A stretch of 64,000 bases of DNA. Origin: Octopus sinensis. Lineage: Eukaryota. A program made the translations under genes and the position numbers. Position 1 is the stretch's first letter. Each line of letters starts with the position of its first letter. Location of the stretch: contig NC_043004.1 in the NCBI RefSeq assembly GCF_006345805.1, forward strand, positions 44,144,001 through 44,208,000, written 5' to 3'. Shown here in pieces: positions 1 to 13,191 of this stretch. The notes below the pieces were generated by a model. That model was given only the letters and a program-made list of their open reading frames with translations, was not told where the DNA came from and did not search any database.

Positions 1-132
1 CAAGCAGCTAAGCCACGTAAGCCTTATATGTGGGGGAATGTATTTGTTGTTATTGACTTTTGTGTGGTGACTGAGTAGTTTTGTAGGTCGAGTTCTGACT
101 GGATTTGCCTGTGATTGCTTCATGATATGCAA

Positions 133-216
133 GACTTGCATGGTGTGGATGTGGGTTTCTTTAAAAATAAACTGGATTTCTTCTTGTCGGGGTCCCAGAT
201 GAACCTACCTCTCGGT
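133..216 (+). mobile_element. CR1/Jockey-group LINE, extreme 3' end of ORF2 (fragment)
   Basis: Translates DLHGVDVGFFKNKLDFFLSG/(fs)VPDEPTSR, the typical C-terminus of CR1-group RT ORFs. Confidence 0.7.
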
Positions 217-284
217 AGGAGACAAAGATACACTAAAATGTAAGACGTTCTGAGAAAACCATTGTATTCCTTTGAATTCCGGCC

Positions 285-636
285 TCAACGCCTCCGTTTG
301 AATCTAAGCGACTGTTTGTTATGGGCTTTGCTACCTGTCATTTCAAGTACCAACAACTGATGTTTTTGTTCAAAGACATTGGCCCGTATCAGGAAATCCG
401 AATTTTTCCGAAGCAAAACAACAACTTGACCCTCCGCCCAAGACTCCGGTCGATTTCGATATGTGTGTATCTCATAGATACCAAATATGGGCATGAAAGC
501 TCGTGTCTTGAAAATTCTTTTTTCACTAATTGCTACTAAGTGTATACCCAGTAACTTGAGGTCGTACAAACTCTGGACCTCGTTCAAAGGTGAAACAATT
601 CACGAGCATTTATACTGCCTATTTAATGACGGCCAT
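285..636 (-). mobile_element. Tx1/L1-clade LINE ORF2 N-terminal APE endonuclease, degenerate fragment
   Basis: From the ATG at 636 the minus strand reads MAVIK/(fs)GSINARE...LYDLKLLGIHLVAISEKRI...FMPIFGIYEI...VVVLLRK. This matches the APE GxxN and D-I/V-x-x-x-S-E-T motifs, with frameshifts. Confidence 0.65.
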
Positions 637-690
637 GTTAGACAGAAGAAGAGTGGGAACGGGCTACTTGGTTCATTACTGTTCACGGAC

Positions 691-784
<94 letters not shown>

Positions 785-810
785 TGTATGTGTGTGTGTG
801 TGTGCGTGTG
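691..810. repeat. (TA)n(TG)n compound microsatellite, representative of dozens in the window
   Basis: Direct sequence. These tracts produce the YIYI/CVCV ORFs in the track. Confidence 0.98.
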
Positions 811-1177
811 TGTTTATTTGTTGATATTCCCATGAAAATCGACTACTGTCCAGAATATTTACTTGTTAAAATGGTGTATGTATTTTTAATATATTCCCGT
901 TGCTTATGTATCAGTATGCTTCTCATCGACAAGATTAGTATATTATGAACGATGCATCATATGGTTAACTATGTGACTCGTCATGTTTTTCTTGTTTCTG
1001 TCTATCGTCCTTCAGTTAATGATTTTATTTTTGTTCGCATTGAGGATTCTTTGACTCTGTGTGTCTGGGAATATGGGTGTGCTAGTGTTTGCAGTATTGG
1101 GCGTAACTTTGATGGAGGTTATGTTAGTTGTTATAATGGTACTCATAATACCTAACTAGAAGATTATCTTCATGAAA

Positions 1178-1808
1178 CGCAGCTCAAAAGCATGTCTTCC
1201 AAACATTTACCATATTTTTGTTAGCATGTTTTACACTTTTCCTTTAGTAATTTTCTAAGATTAATGCCCTCCCGATCACCTCCACCTCTCGAAGTTTCAT
1301 TTGCCAGAGAAAGAAATTGTTTGTCTTTTAGTTGTTGTGACTTTGTTTTATTGTTTATTTTTTGCTGTTTTAATACTTGTTGTTGCTTTTGTTTCAGGTT
1401 ATGATAGTCCGGCCCACGTTGCTATCATTCAGGGTTTATTTTTACATATTCTTACTTCCAATATTACTGGTTTTGCCAAGGTTGTTAGTGTTTCTTCATT
1501 CTAGTCGGTACTACAGTCTATATTGCTCCAGCTGGACGATGTTGGTACTGTATATACTGCTGCTGTTGTTGTTGCTAAAATGTTGTTTTGGTGAAAGTGA
1601 GGGAGATCATCTTTTCAATTATTACTTTCTTGGGGGCAAAAAGCCATAAAGTGATAAATGTATCCACAGACGTATTTCGACTTGTCTCCTTAGGTTCCTG
1701 TAGCCCTTAGTGTCTACATTAAGTCGGAAATCCTGTCCAATGTCAGCGGTTTCAAACGTAGCCCGACCGCAAGCCATTTATTTCGCTTGGTAACATTTTT
1801 GGGAAATA
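1178..1808. repeat. Unclassified ~630-bp interspersed repeat, copy 1
   Basis: Collinear with 6352-6981 (both start cgcagctcaaaagcatgtcttcc), moderately diverged. Confidence 0.85.
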
Positions 1809-2096
1809 TTATTTCTCTCGAAGTGTACTAGATAACGCCAGTACCCTATACTTTCTAAGTGAACTAGAAAGTGTTCCTTGTGGTTAGTTCAGAATATTTC
1901 CGGTATCTTTCTCCGTTCCTGAGAGATTGGCATTCTTGTAAATATTTCACTTCTAAAAGGTCGAATTTTCCAATTGCCAATTGTTTGAATATAGCCCAAA
2001 TAGTTGTCAGCGCGTGTTACAAAAGACAATGTATACCAGATGTTTGCTCTAGGGAAATCGTCCCCACCTGTATCTCTTTAAATATATATGCCTCTG

Positions 2097-2507
2097 AAGG
2101 TGCTGAGCTAGTAGAAACGTTAGGACGCCGGGCGAAATGCTTAGCGGTATTTCGTCTGTCGCTACGTTCTGAGGTCAAATTCCGCCGAGGTCGACTTTGC
2201 CTTTCATCCTTTCGGGGTCGATTAAATAAGTACCACTTACGCACTGGGGTCGATATTATCGACTTAATCCGTTTCTCTTTCCTTGTTTGTGGGCAATGAA
2301 GAAATAAGAAACGTTAGGACTCCGGGCGAAATGCTTAGCGGTATTTTCTCTCTCTTTACATTCTGAGTTCAAATTCCGCCGAGGTCGACTTTGACTTTCA
2401 TCATTTCAGGGGTCAATAAATTAAGTACCAGTTGCGTACTGGGCTCGATCTATTCGACTGGCCCCCTCCCCAAAATTTCGGGCCTTGTGCATAGAGAAGA
2501 AAAGAAT
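2097..2507 (+). mobile_element. tRNA-derived SINE family A, two tandem copies
   Basis: B-box-like gagttcaaattcc; core gtcgactttgcctttcatcctttcggggtcga; same family at 11313, 33870, 40585, 42478, 48107, 58284, 59115. Confidence 0.9.
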
Positions 2508-4056
2508 ACATATACAGAATGATATTTATTTATGTTTCGTGCCAAAACTATTCTGCTATAGGACATGGGGCTTATTTATGATAGTCTATTGATATATCTT
2601 TGCGAAACTTCGGGATGTTACTGTGTTTTATCTCGACAAAAGAAATAAAAAGGTTTTACAGCACGATAGTAAGAAGCTGTGTTTTAAATATTGCTGTTGC
2701 TACTACTGTTACTTTCGTTGTTTTGATGCAGCGGCATCTTCCCTTCTTTATTATTGGTGTGGTGGCGGGCGGCAACTTCATTAATTCTATTGCAATTTGT
2801 CAAGTGGTAACGGTAGCAGTGCCATAGATCTATTTTAACTGGTGATTCTATGGGTTTATGTCGCGGTTTCCCTTCATTTCTGCCTCTTCATTTGGCACGA
2901 CGTTGTTTCTGATGTTGCTGTTGTTTTCTTCTTTCTTCATCCAATCAGGACTCACGCCATTAGCCACAATGGATAATCTCTAATTCGAGGCTACTCTAAG
3001 CTACTACGAATGCGTGTGGCAACTTGAAGATCCACCCACCACACGCGATAGACTGGCGGTAGCACGGGTGCGAAAGCTACGTTGTTATCCTCATTCCGTA
3101 AACGGCGGCTTTTAACGGGTGGAGAGCTGAACCATCCTGGGGTACATAGGATTCGCAATCTAGACTAGGGTCTGAAAGTTTACCACACCATAGTGGGATA
3201 CACCATGGTTCCTCTGCTTTGTGGCAGAAGTAGGAAGAAAGAGTGCGAGAAAGTTGTGGTGAAAGAGTACAGCGGAGGTCACCACCACCAACCACCGGGA
3301 CTCTTGGAGCTTAGGTGTTTTTGCTCAATAAACACTCACAAAGCCATTGCGTCTCCTGTTGCTGGTTTTATTAGTGATGTTGCTACTACTTTTGCTGATT
3401 AATACAACTGCTTTGTCATTGTGGGGTGAGAGTAATTAACTTTAACCCAGAAAGAGAGTTTTACCTTCCAAAGCACTCACCGTGCATTTATTCATTTTTG
3501 CACAACACACACGCAACAAACACAAACGAACAAACAAACCCCCACACACACTACACACGGTGAGAAATCCTTACAACCATATATACATATGTGTATACAT
3601 ATATGTAAGTGTACCGATAGAGAAACGTAATAATAAAAATAATGGATAACAGTGACTAAGAAACGCGGACGTTTTGAAGCACTAGTGTTCCATAAAATAG
3701 AGTCTTGCGCAGGTAAAAGATAAAACAATTTAAGATGAAAGATATGAGAGCCAGAGAAATATAGTTCAACATCTCGACACGAATATGAAGGTGACAGATG
3801 TCAAAGGTATAACCTAGAAAAGTATTGAGATAGTTAAAATGAGAGGCAGATAGAGATAAGAAAGAATAGAAATGGGATAAATGTTGATGCCGGTGTGAGA
3901 AAAAGTATGTAGTTTAGTGAGTTTCATACGAGTAATGGATAAATAGTTGTAAACACAAGCAAACACATTTCAAATATGTATAAGTCTCTCTGTCTCTCTT
4001 CTGTATGGTGTGTGAGAGAGGGAGAGGTGTGAGTGAGTGTATATATCTATATATAA

Positions 4057-4098
<42 letters not shown>

Positions 4099-4202
4099 AT
4101 TATACATGTATACATATATATATACATGGATACATATATATATATGTATATACATAGATATATATACATATATATATATATATGTATATATGTATATTAT
4201 AT

Positions 4203-4271
<69 letters not shown>

Positions 4272-5423
4272 GATATAAGCACATGTGTATACAAACATAT
4301 TGTGAGAAAGAAGTCTGATAAATGGATAATGTACAAAGTAGAAACGTTTGTGAGAAATAAATGATATAGATATATAGTGATGGTGAAATGTGAATAGAAT
4401 CGTAGTATCAGATACACCAGAAGGTAGAGGAAGAAAGAGATAGTGAAAGACAAAGAATATAGGAAATAAACGGCTGGCATGGAGGAAGGAAGGTAGGAAG
4501 AAAGGAAGGAAGGAAGGAGAAGCGGGAAAAGGTTGATTTTACCGCCTTTGGGGTTCGGATAATGTTAAAGAATGCAAGTTAAAAGAAGAACCACATTTCG
4601 GAGATTAGCTAGAATTTCCAAAATTATATTGAACCTGAGGAATTTAGTTTGCTCCACTGTCTGACTGGCTCAAACAAACTTCACTTGCTTTGAAACATCT
4701 AAATCCATTTATGCCAGAAAGGCAGAATTCTCTGTTCAATGAACTTTCACAATAAACGGCTTGTGTTTGTTGCCAGAAACAGTCCATCGTATGGAGTGAG
4801 TCATGCAAAATAGGAACAAAACCAGGGATAGTGGACGAGATGGGAGAGTAGAAGTGCTTTTAGAGCAAACTTTTGACTACAGAGCTTGTATCTAAATATA
4901 GTTGAGATAGCAGGTGGTTGGCGCACTTCGGTGGGGCTATTCATGTTAAATCGTTTCAACGAAAGAACGAGAAGAGATTTGCATAGAAAACCTCACATAG
5001 CAAACACGTTCAAGTACATTAAGCTTCTGTTTAGAAATACAATATTTAGTCCGTATGATAAACAGCTTCTGATCAATCAAGCATAATATACATACACATC
5101 CAGTCATATTTCACAGGAACACTAGTACGTGTCCCTATTTTTTTTATTTCATTACTTATTGACCCTTTTGCATAACAATGTTTTTGTCTAGCATTATTCA
5201 AGAATATTTTCGCTCCCACTTTTACTGGTACACCTGTAATCGGAATCATTTAAAACTTATTGTATTCACATTAACTAGGCACTTACATCAACTTATATAT
5301 ATATATCTATATATATAAAGTAATAAGGGGGTGGTGATATTAATTTGATTAATATGAACAATTTAAAACCAGTGGTCTAGCATATTAAAATCTGAAGGTT
5401 CAGAAGATTATACTACATACATA

Positions 5424-5523
5424 NNNNNNNNNNNNNNNNNNNNNNNNNNNNNNNNNNNNNNNNNNNNNNNNNNNNNNNNNNNNNNNNNNNNNNNNNNNNN
5501 NNNNNNNNNNNNNNNNNNNNNNN
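5424..5523. other. Assembly gap (100 N)
   Basis: Run of N. Confidence 1.
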
Positions 5524-5624
5524 TGTTGCAACCGTGCGTTGGTGCGGATAATTGAATTTTAATATTATTAGTGAATTGAAGAAATGGAGTTGAACGAAGA
5601 TTGAACAGAAATCGTTTTATTGCA

Positions 5625-5704
5625 TTCTACACGTGTTTCGAAAGGCACAATTTACAAAATTCCGATTGAATAAGGAGACCATATTGTGTCTTTCTCTTCA
5701 GGAA
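5625..5704 (-). ncRNA. Minimal type I hammerhead ribozyme (left arm)
   Basis: Mirror of 5864-5942: CUGAAGA = rc of 5695-5701, helix III ACACGUGU, GUA site. Confidence 0.8.
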
Positions 5705-5863
5705 GAAATAGGAAATCCGTTGGAAAAAACAAAACAGAACAGAGGCGGAGCAAAACAAATCGAACGAGGCTCCTAAGAGCCCATGGCCAAACTGGAGCCT
5801 CGTTCGATTTGTTTTTCTCCGCCTCTGTTCTGTTTTTGTTTTTTCCAATGGATTTCCTATTTC

Positions 5864-5942
5864 TTCCTGAAGAGAAAGACACAATATGGTCTCCTTATTC
5901 AATCGGAATTGGTAAATTGTGCCTTTCGAAACACGTGTAGAA
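5864..5942 (+). ncRNA. Minimal type I hammerhead ribozyme (right arm)
   Basis: Helix I UUC/GAA; CUGAAGA 5867-5873; helix II 5874-5885/5916-5927 (11 of 12 bp); GAAA 5928-5931; palindromic helix III ACACGUGU; cleavage after A5939 (GUA). Confidence 0.8.
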
Positions 5943-5999
5943 TGCAATAAAACGATTTCTGTTCAATCTTCGTTCAACTCCATTTCTTCAATTCACTAA

Positions 6000-6047
<48 letters not shown>

Positions 6048-6135
6048 ATATATATATATTTATATTATATATATAGGTATATATAATATATATATAGAAT
6101 AATATATATATATATATATTATATACATATATATA

Positions 6136-6167
<32 letters not shown>

Positions 6168-6351
6168 GGATCTAGCGTTTTTTCATTCGCAAAATATGCA
6201 TTTCTTTAAAGGAAATAAAAAAAATCTGAAAATGCTATAATATGGATTTCCGGTCTCATTGCTATGAAGTTGTGATGTTGTGGAGAAAAAAAAAGCGGCG
6301 AAATAAGTTACACAGGTTTAAAAATCGGATAAATTCTGTTCTTTGATCAAT

Positions 6352-6981
6352 CGCAGCTCAAAAGCATGTCTTCCAGTTGTCTCCCACATTTTTTCTTAGC
6401 ATGTTTTGTACTTTTATTTTGGCCTTTTTTTTACGACTAATGCCCTCACGATCACCTTCACCACACGAAATTTCACTGGACAGAGAATGAAAATGTTTGT
6501 TTTATAGTTAGTGTGACTTTGCCTTATTGTTTATCTTTTGGTTTTTGTTGCTTTTGTTTCTGGTTATGATAGTACGGCCCACGTTGCTATCATTGAGGTT
6601 TTATTTTACGTATCCTTACTTCCAATATTGTTGGTTTTACCAATGTTGTTACCTTATCTTCATTCTAGCCGGTACTGCAGTCTATACTGCTCTAGTTGGA
6701 AGATGCTGGTGCTGTATATACTGATGTTCTTGTTGCTAAAAATGTTGTTTTGTTGATAGTGAGGGATATCATCTTTGCATTTATCACTTTCTTGGGGCAG
6801 AAGGCTATAAGGTGATAGATGTATCCACAGACGTAGCGTCTATTCCGACTAGTCTCCTTAGGTACCTGCACCTCTTAGTATCTACATGAAGTCGGAAATC
6901 CTGTCCAGTGTCAGCAGTTTCAAACATTCTCCAGCTTGACCGCAAGTCATTTATTTGATTTGGAAACGTTTTTCGGAAATA
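6352..6981. repeat. Unclassified ~630-bp interspersed repeat, copy 2
   Basis: Direct-orientation homolog of 1178-1808. Confidence 0.85.
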
Positions 6982-8158
6982 GCGAGACAGAAAATTTCTG
7001 CTTTTAACGGAGCGGTTTCAACTTTAAGGTTGTACCCTGTGAAATTTATAGTTTAGCATTTGTAACATGACCTGCTCATTGTAGGTTCCTAAAAAAGCAG
7101 AAAACCTAATAAAATCAACACGCTTCATCTTACTATTCATTTTGTCTCTTCATTTATTGTATGTTTTTATTGTTTTTAAATAAATGTTATATTAATATAT
7201 TTGTCTGCATCTGTTTACTTCATGCGTATTTCAGTATGATGTATACCTGTTATGTATTTGTGTACTTCATTAATATATAAGTGTATATGGATTGATGTAT
7301 TCATATACAAGTTTATATGTACATTTATGTATTCATGTGTGTGTGTGTGTGTGTATGTGTGAAGAGGACGTCTGTCTCCAAAACTCCAAATTTGAGTAAC
7401 ATTTTCATGCTTGGATTTGTAAACTACGATAAGAATAGCATTGGTCAACAAAGAATTTGTCCCAAGGAAAAGAATACATGCATCATATATATCTTTGCAT
7501 GCAGAATTCAAAAATAATGTCAAATTATCTGTATCACCCACAGTTCTCTGTTCCACGATAATCCTCAGTGCTCCTGTCACATGGACTGAATTTCAGTTGA
7601 GCTGATGAAACGTGAAGCTAACAGTCTAAAAATATTCCTGATTTTAATTTTTTGGAATAGAATTCATCTTGTGAAATCATAAATCCAGCTGTCTGAGTCA
7701 ATGAGTCTCCAAAATATATGAAATGACAAATATGCATAAATACTAAGCCACAGAAAAAAAAACAAAGAAAAATATTAACAGTAAAATATGTAATATACTA
7801 ACACAGAGAAAAATGAAAACAAAACATTAAGGATGAAAGGATATCATGGTGTGAAGAATCAAGTGTGTAAAATCAACATAGATCGACATGCGCCACAGAG
7901 ACTGAACCACAACACAGCGTTTGGTTGTCATGGTAACAAGCCGCTAATGCCATGTTGTTCATTGCCTAAAATAACCCAAATTTTCCAACTTTAATTCCCA
8001 AAAAATCAGATTTTTTTTAATTTAAGAGAAAAAGTAATTGGTTGATCAAAATCAAAATTCAGAGTTGCATCGATATACCAAAATAAAATCTGAGTAAAAT
8101 TAAAAAAGGCTAATTTTGCTAATGAAAATGACTACATCCTATGTATATATTATATATA

Positions 8159-8217
<59 letters not shown>

Positions 8218-8439
8218 ATAATACATACATACATACATACATACATACACAACATACATACATACATACATACCGACAGACAGACAGAAAAGGCGAGGGG
8301 CAAACTTCACGAGACATAGTCTCAGAGGTCTGTTTCCCGGTTTCAGTAACGTATATATTCCCCTGCTGGCCGTGACACAGATTCCTCGCAGGTTTACTCA
8401 TTTAATATAATTTTAGTGGATTCGAGCTTATTTGAAATG

Positions 8440-8562
8440 AGGTCGATTGCTCCAGAAAACTACGTATCACCCAATCCAGGAATCGAAATCACAACCATAC
8501 GACCATTAGCACAACTCTGTAACCAATAAGCCACGCGTCTCAACACATGCAAACATACATAT
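8440..8562 (-). mobile_element. Diverged tRNA-derived SINE head
   Basis: Minus strand has A-box-like TGGCTTATTGG and B-box-like GATTTCGATTCC. Confidence 0.55.
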
Positions 8563-8827
8563 GCGTGTGTATGTAAGAGTGCATATATAAATACACCCCA
8601 CCTTACATATGAATACACATATATATATACATATATAGATGTATATATATACATATATATAGGTGTATGGCAAAAATACGACACGTTGTGTTACCGCTAC
8701 TGTATACAACTCACATTGATATTTATCATTGTTTGATTTCACTTTTTCAATATCAGCGACAGTGGACGCTGGAAAAAGTATAAGTATTTGTGAAGGAAAT
8801 CTAATTCTCGGCGACAACTATGATTGT

Positions 8828-8872
8828 CACACGCTGACGAGAGGTCAATACCTCGAAACACGAGTCCGTGTG
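8828..8872 (+). ncRNA. Hammerhead ribozyme, unit 1 (helix III loop variant ACGA)
   Basis: CACACG-CUGACGA-GAGGU caau ACCUC-GAAA-C acga G-UC-CGUGUG; C17 = 8866. Confidence 0.85.
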
Positions 8873-9180
8873 TATCATAAGTTGAAGACGGGAAGGATGA
8901 CTTCCCTTTGCAAATACTGACAGGACACAGAAAGTGTGTCTATGGCCAGCTGGAGGAGTGTGTCCTCCTGGGGCTAAAAACTACAGTAGCATCCACCCTT
9001 AGGCGTTAGCCATATTGAAATGGCAAAAATACGACACGTTGTGTTACCGCTACTGTATATAACTCACATTGATATTTATCATTGTTTGATTTCACTTTTT
9101 CAATATCAGCGACAGTGGACGCTGGAAAAAGTATAAGTATTTGTGAAGGAAATCTAATTCTCGGCGACAACTATGATTGT

Positions 9181-9225
9181 CACACGCTGACGAGAGGTCA
9201 ATACCTCGAAACTCGAGTCCGTGTG
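9181..9225 (+). ncRNA. Hammerhead ribozyme, unit 2 (canonical)
   Basis: Helix I CACACG/CGUGUG, core CUGACGA...GAAA, 5-bp helix II, palindromic helix III ACUCGAGU, GUC site; C17 = 9219. Confidence 0.92.
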
Positions 9226-9533
9226 TATCATAAGTTGAAGACGGGAAGGATGACTTCCCTTTGCAAATACTGACAGGACACAGAAAGTGTGTCTATGGCC
9301 AGCTGGAGGAGTGTGTCCTCCTGGGGCTAAAAACTACAGTAGCATCCACCCTTAGGGGTTAGCCATATTGAAATGGCAAAAATACGACACGTTGTGTTAC
9401 CGCTACAGTATATAACTCACATTGATATTTATCATTGTTTGATTTCACTTTTTCAATATCAGCGACAGTGGACGCTGGAAAAAGTATAAGTATTTGTGAA
9501 GGAAATCTAATTCTCGGCGACAACTATGATTAT

Positions 9534-9578
9534 CGCACGCTGATGAGAGGTCAATACCTCGAACCTCGAGTCCGTGCG
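9534..9578 (+). ncRNA. Hammerhead ribozyme, unit 3 (subtype B; A15.1>C, probably impaired)
   Basis: Helix I CGCACG/CGUGCG (compensatory change), CUGAUGA, GAAC instead of GAAA; C17 = 9572. Confidence 0.8.
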
Positions 9579-9882
9579 TATCATAAGTTGAAGACGGGAA
9601 GGATGACTTCCTTTTGCAAATACTGACAGGACACAGAAAGTGTGTCTATGGCCAGCTGGAGGAGTGTGTCCTCCTGGGGCTAAAAACTATAGTAGCATCC
9701 ACCCTAGGGGTAGCCATATTGAAATGGCAAAAATACGACACGTTGTGTTACCGCTACTGTATATAACTCACATTGATTTATCATTGTTTGATTTCACTTT
9801 TTCAATATCAGCGACAGTGGACACTGGAAAAAGTATAAGTATTTGTGAAGGAAATCTAATTCTCGGCGACAACTATGATTGT

Positions 9883-9927
9883 CACACGCTGACGAGAGGT
9901 CAATACCTCGAAACTCGAGTCCGTGTG
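9883..9927 (+). ncRNA. Hammerhead ribozyme, unit 4 (canonical)
   Basis: Identical to unit 2; C17 = 9921. Confidence 0.92.
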
Positions 9928-10233
9928 TATCATAAGTTGAAGACGGGAAGGATGACTTCCCTTTGCAAATACTGACAGGACACAGAAAGTGTGTCTATGG
10001 CCAGCTGGAGGTGTGTGTCCTCCTGGGGCTAAAAACTACAGTAGCATCCACCCTTAGGCGTTAGCCATATTGAAATGGCAAAAATACGACACGTTGTGTT
10101 ACCGCTACTGTATATAACTCACATTGATATTTATCATTGTTTGATTTCACTTTTCAATATCAGCGACAGTGGACGCTGGAAAAAGTATAAGTATTTGTGA
10201 AGGAATCTAATTCTCGGCGACAACTATGATTGT

Positions 10234-10278
10234 CACACGCTGACGAGAGTTCAATACCTCGAAACTCGAGTCCGTGTG
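10234..10278 (+). ncRNA. Hammerhead ribozyme, unit 5 (one helix II mismatch)
   Basis: Helix II GAGUU/ACCUC; core intact; C17 = 10272. Confidence 0.85.
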
Positions 10279-10588
10279 TATCATAAGTTGAAGACGGGAA
10301 GGATGACTTCCCTTTGCAAATACTGACAGGACACAGAAAGTGTGTCTATGGCCAGCTGGAGGGGAGTGTGTCCTCCTGGGGCTAAAAACTACAGTAGCAT
10401 CCACCCTTAGGCGTTAGCCATATTGAAATGGCAAAAATACGACACGTTGTGTTACCGCTACTGTATATAACTCACATTGATATTTATCATTGTTTGATTT
10501 CACTTTTTCAATATCAGCGACAGTGGACGCTGGAAAAAGTATAAGTATTTGTGAAGGAAATCTAATTCTCGGCGACAACTATGATTGT

Positions 10589-10633
10589 CACACGCTGACG
10601 AGAGGTCAATACCTCGAAACTCGAGTCCGTGTG
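10589..10633 (+). ncRNA. Hammerhead ribozyme, unit 6 (canonical)
   Basis: Identical to unit 2; C17 = 10627. Confidence 0.92.
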
Positions 10634-10938
10634 TATCATAAGTTGAAGACGGGAAGGATGACTTCCCTTGCAAATACTGACAGGACACAGAAAGTGTGTC
10701 TATGGCCAGCTGGAGGAGTGTGTCCTCCTGGGGCTAAAAACTACAGTAGCATCCACCCTTAGGGGTTAGCCATATTGAAATGGCAAAAATACGACACGTT
10801 GTGTTACCGCTACAGTATATAACTCACATTGATATTTATCATTGTTTGATTTCACTTTTTCAATATCAGCGACAGTGGACGCTGGAAAAAGTATAAGTAT
10901 TGTGAAGGAATCTAATTCTCGGCGACAACTATGATTAT

Positions 10939-10983
10939 CGCACGCTGACGAGAGAGTCAATACCTGAACCTCGAGTCCGTGCG
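10939..10983 (+). ncRNA. Hammerhead ribozyme, unit 7 (subtype B, damaged helix II)
   Basis: CGCACG/CGUGCG helix I, GAAC, indels in helix II; C17 = 10977. Confidence 0.7.
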
Positions 10984-11148
10984 TATCATAAGTTGAAGAC
11001 GGGAAGGATGACTTCCCTTTGCAAATACTGACAGAACACAGAAAGTGTGTCTATGGCCAGCTGGAGGAGTGTGTCCTCCTGGGGCTAAAAACTACAGTAG
11101 CATCACCCTTAGGCGTTAGCCATATTGAAATGGCAAAAATACGACACG

Positions 11149-11308
<160 letters not shown>

Positions 11309-11312
11309 TTTA

Positions 11313-11543
11313 AAGGCGGTGAGCTTGCAGAAGGGTTAGCAAGCCGGGTGAATGCGTAGCCGTATTTCGTCCGCCGTTATGTTTTGAGTTCAAATTTCGC
11401 CGAGGTCGACTTTGCCTTTCATTCTTTCGGGGTCGATAAATGAAATACCTGTTACGCACTGGGGTCGATGTAATCGATTTAATCCCTTTGTCTGTCCTTG
11501 TTTGTCCCCTCTATGTTTAGCCCTTTGTGGGCAGTAAAGAAAT
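11313..11543 (+). mobile_element. SINE family A, full length
   Basis: Head aaggcggtgagcttgcagaa, B box gagttcaaatttc, core, tail gtgggcagtaaagaaata. Confidence 0.92.
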
Positions 11544-11564
11544 ATATATATACATATATATAGC

Positions 11565-11872
11565 ACGTGATTACGTGACCGACCAGGCTATTAGATGTTA
11601 CTACACATCGCTGGTCACAATGCGCTTCGCATTGATTTACCCTTCAAATGACGCCACCCTGCTGGCTAAGCGAGCAGGCCAACAGAAGAAAGAATGAGAG
11701 AAAGTTGCGGCGAAAGAGTACAGTAAGGATCGCCACCAACCCCTGCCGGAGCATCTTGCAGCTATAGGTGTTTTCGCTTAATAAACACTCACAACGTCCG
11801 ATCTGGAAATCGAAACCGCGAACATACGACCGCGAGTCCGCTGCCCTAACCACAAGGCCTCTGCGCCTCCAC
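11565..11872 (-). mobile_element. tRNA-derived SINE family C
   Basis: Minus strand head ggaggcgcagaggccttgtggttagggcagcggactcg...ggtttcgatttcc; partial homolog at ~3220-3350. Confidence 0.8.
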
Positions 11873-11928
11873 ACACACACACACACACACACACATACAT
11901 CACAGACACACATATATATATATATATA

Positions 11929-12479
11929 CATATATTGTTGTGAAGGTGAAGTGAGCTGGCGAATAATGGCGGGATTTTGATGCATATACAGGTTTATTAT
12001 AAGGAAATATGCAGAAACAAGCGGGTAATATATACCTATGAATCTATTAACTTGAAAGTAATGGGAAACCTGAGAATACAGGTTTTCTGTATTTTGTGGT
12101 GAAACCTAATACTTTGGATTGATGATATTTACTGTGATTTGACATTCGCAGCTGTTTTCTTCTTTTAAAGTCTTATTGTGCTAACAATAAGTCTGCCTGA
12201 TATCTTGTTGCAGCATTTACTATGAAAGTTCTATATTCCTTCTCATGCCACAAATGTTATAAGCGTGTGACCTTCAGAGGAGATATGTGTGTGTACATGT
12301 GTGTGTATGTGTGCATGTGTATAAACCCACAAAGATATGGCTATATATATTTACTTGCACATGCATACACACGCACAAACATATTATTTATACGTATGTA
12401 TATGTTCATATACAGATATATGTGTTTCTCTTTGTATATAAATGCATGTATCTAGGTATTTATTGTTACATACATACAT

Positions 12480-12555
<76 letters not shown>

Positions 12556-13087
12556 TTGTTGTGAAGGTGAAGTGAGCTGGCGAATAATGGCGGGATTTTG
12601 ATGCATATACAGGTTTATTATAAGGAAATATGCAGAAACAAGCGGGTAATATATACCTATGAATCTATTAACTTGAAAGTAATGGGAAACCTGAGAATAC
12701 AGGTTTTCTGTATTTTGTGGTGAAACCTAATACTGTGGATTGATGATATTTACTGTGATTTGACATTCGCAGCTGTTTTCTTCTTTTAAAGTCTTATTGT
12801 GCTAACAATAAGTCTGCCTGATATCTTGTTGCAGCATTTACTATGAAAGTTCTATATTCCTTCTCATGCCACAAATGTTATAAGCGTGTGACCTTCAGAG
12901 GAGATATGTGTGTGTACATGTGTGTGTATGTGTGCATGTGTATAAACCCACAAAGATATGGCTATATATATTTACTTGCACATGCATACACACGCACAAA
13001 CATATTATTTATACGTATGTATATGTTCATATACAGATATATGTGTTTCTCTTTGTATATAAATGCATGTATCTAGGTATTTATTGT

Positions 13088-13133
<46 letters not shown>

Positions 13134-13141
13134 CATATATA

Positions 13142-13170
<29 letters not shown>
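11929..13170. repeat. 621-bp near-identical tandem duplication
   Basis: Units start at 11929 and 12550, with boundaries in CA/TA microsatellites. Confidence 0.95.

Positions 13171-13191
<21 letters not shown>

Larger units (their letters stand above)
5560..6007. repeat. Fold-back palindrome: ~214-bp inverted arms, 20-nt spacer (5774-5793)
   Basis: Arms 5560-5773 and 5794-6007 are reverse complements with about 4 differences. Confidence 0.97.

Noticed and set aside
1660-1760. cgactt/aagtcg stem followed by GAAA in the 630-bp repeat
   Set aside because: No CUGANGA before the stem, and GAAA is not conserved in copy 2.
7215-7580. 121-aa ORF
   Set aside because: No recognisable domain; it runs into a microsatellite and looks like non-autonomous DNA-transposon interior.
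8729-8920. 63-aa ORF repeated in each array unit, spanning the cleavage site (and 111-aa and 90-aa variants)
   Set aside because: TTG start, no recognisable domain, broken by indels in some units, and the frame is closed in the diverged 45-46 kb copies; conservation is of RNA structure instead.
11939-12278. Possible solo LTR (tgtgaaggt...accttcaga)
   Set aside because: Imperfect terminus, no TSD and no PBS or PPT.
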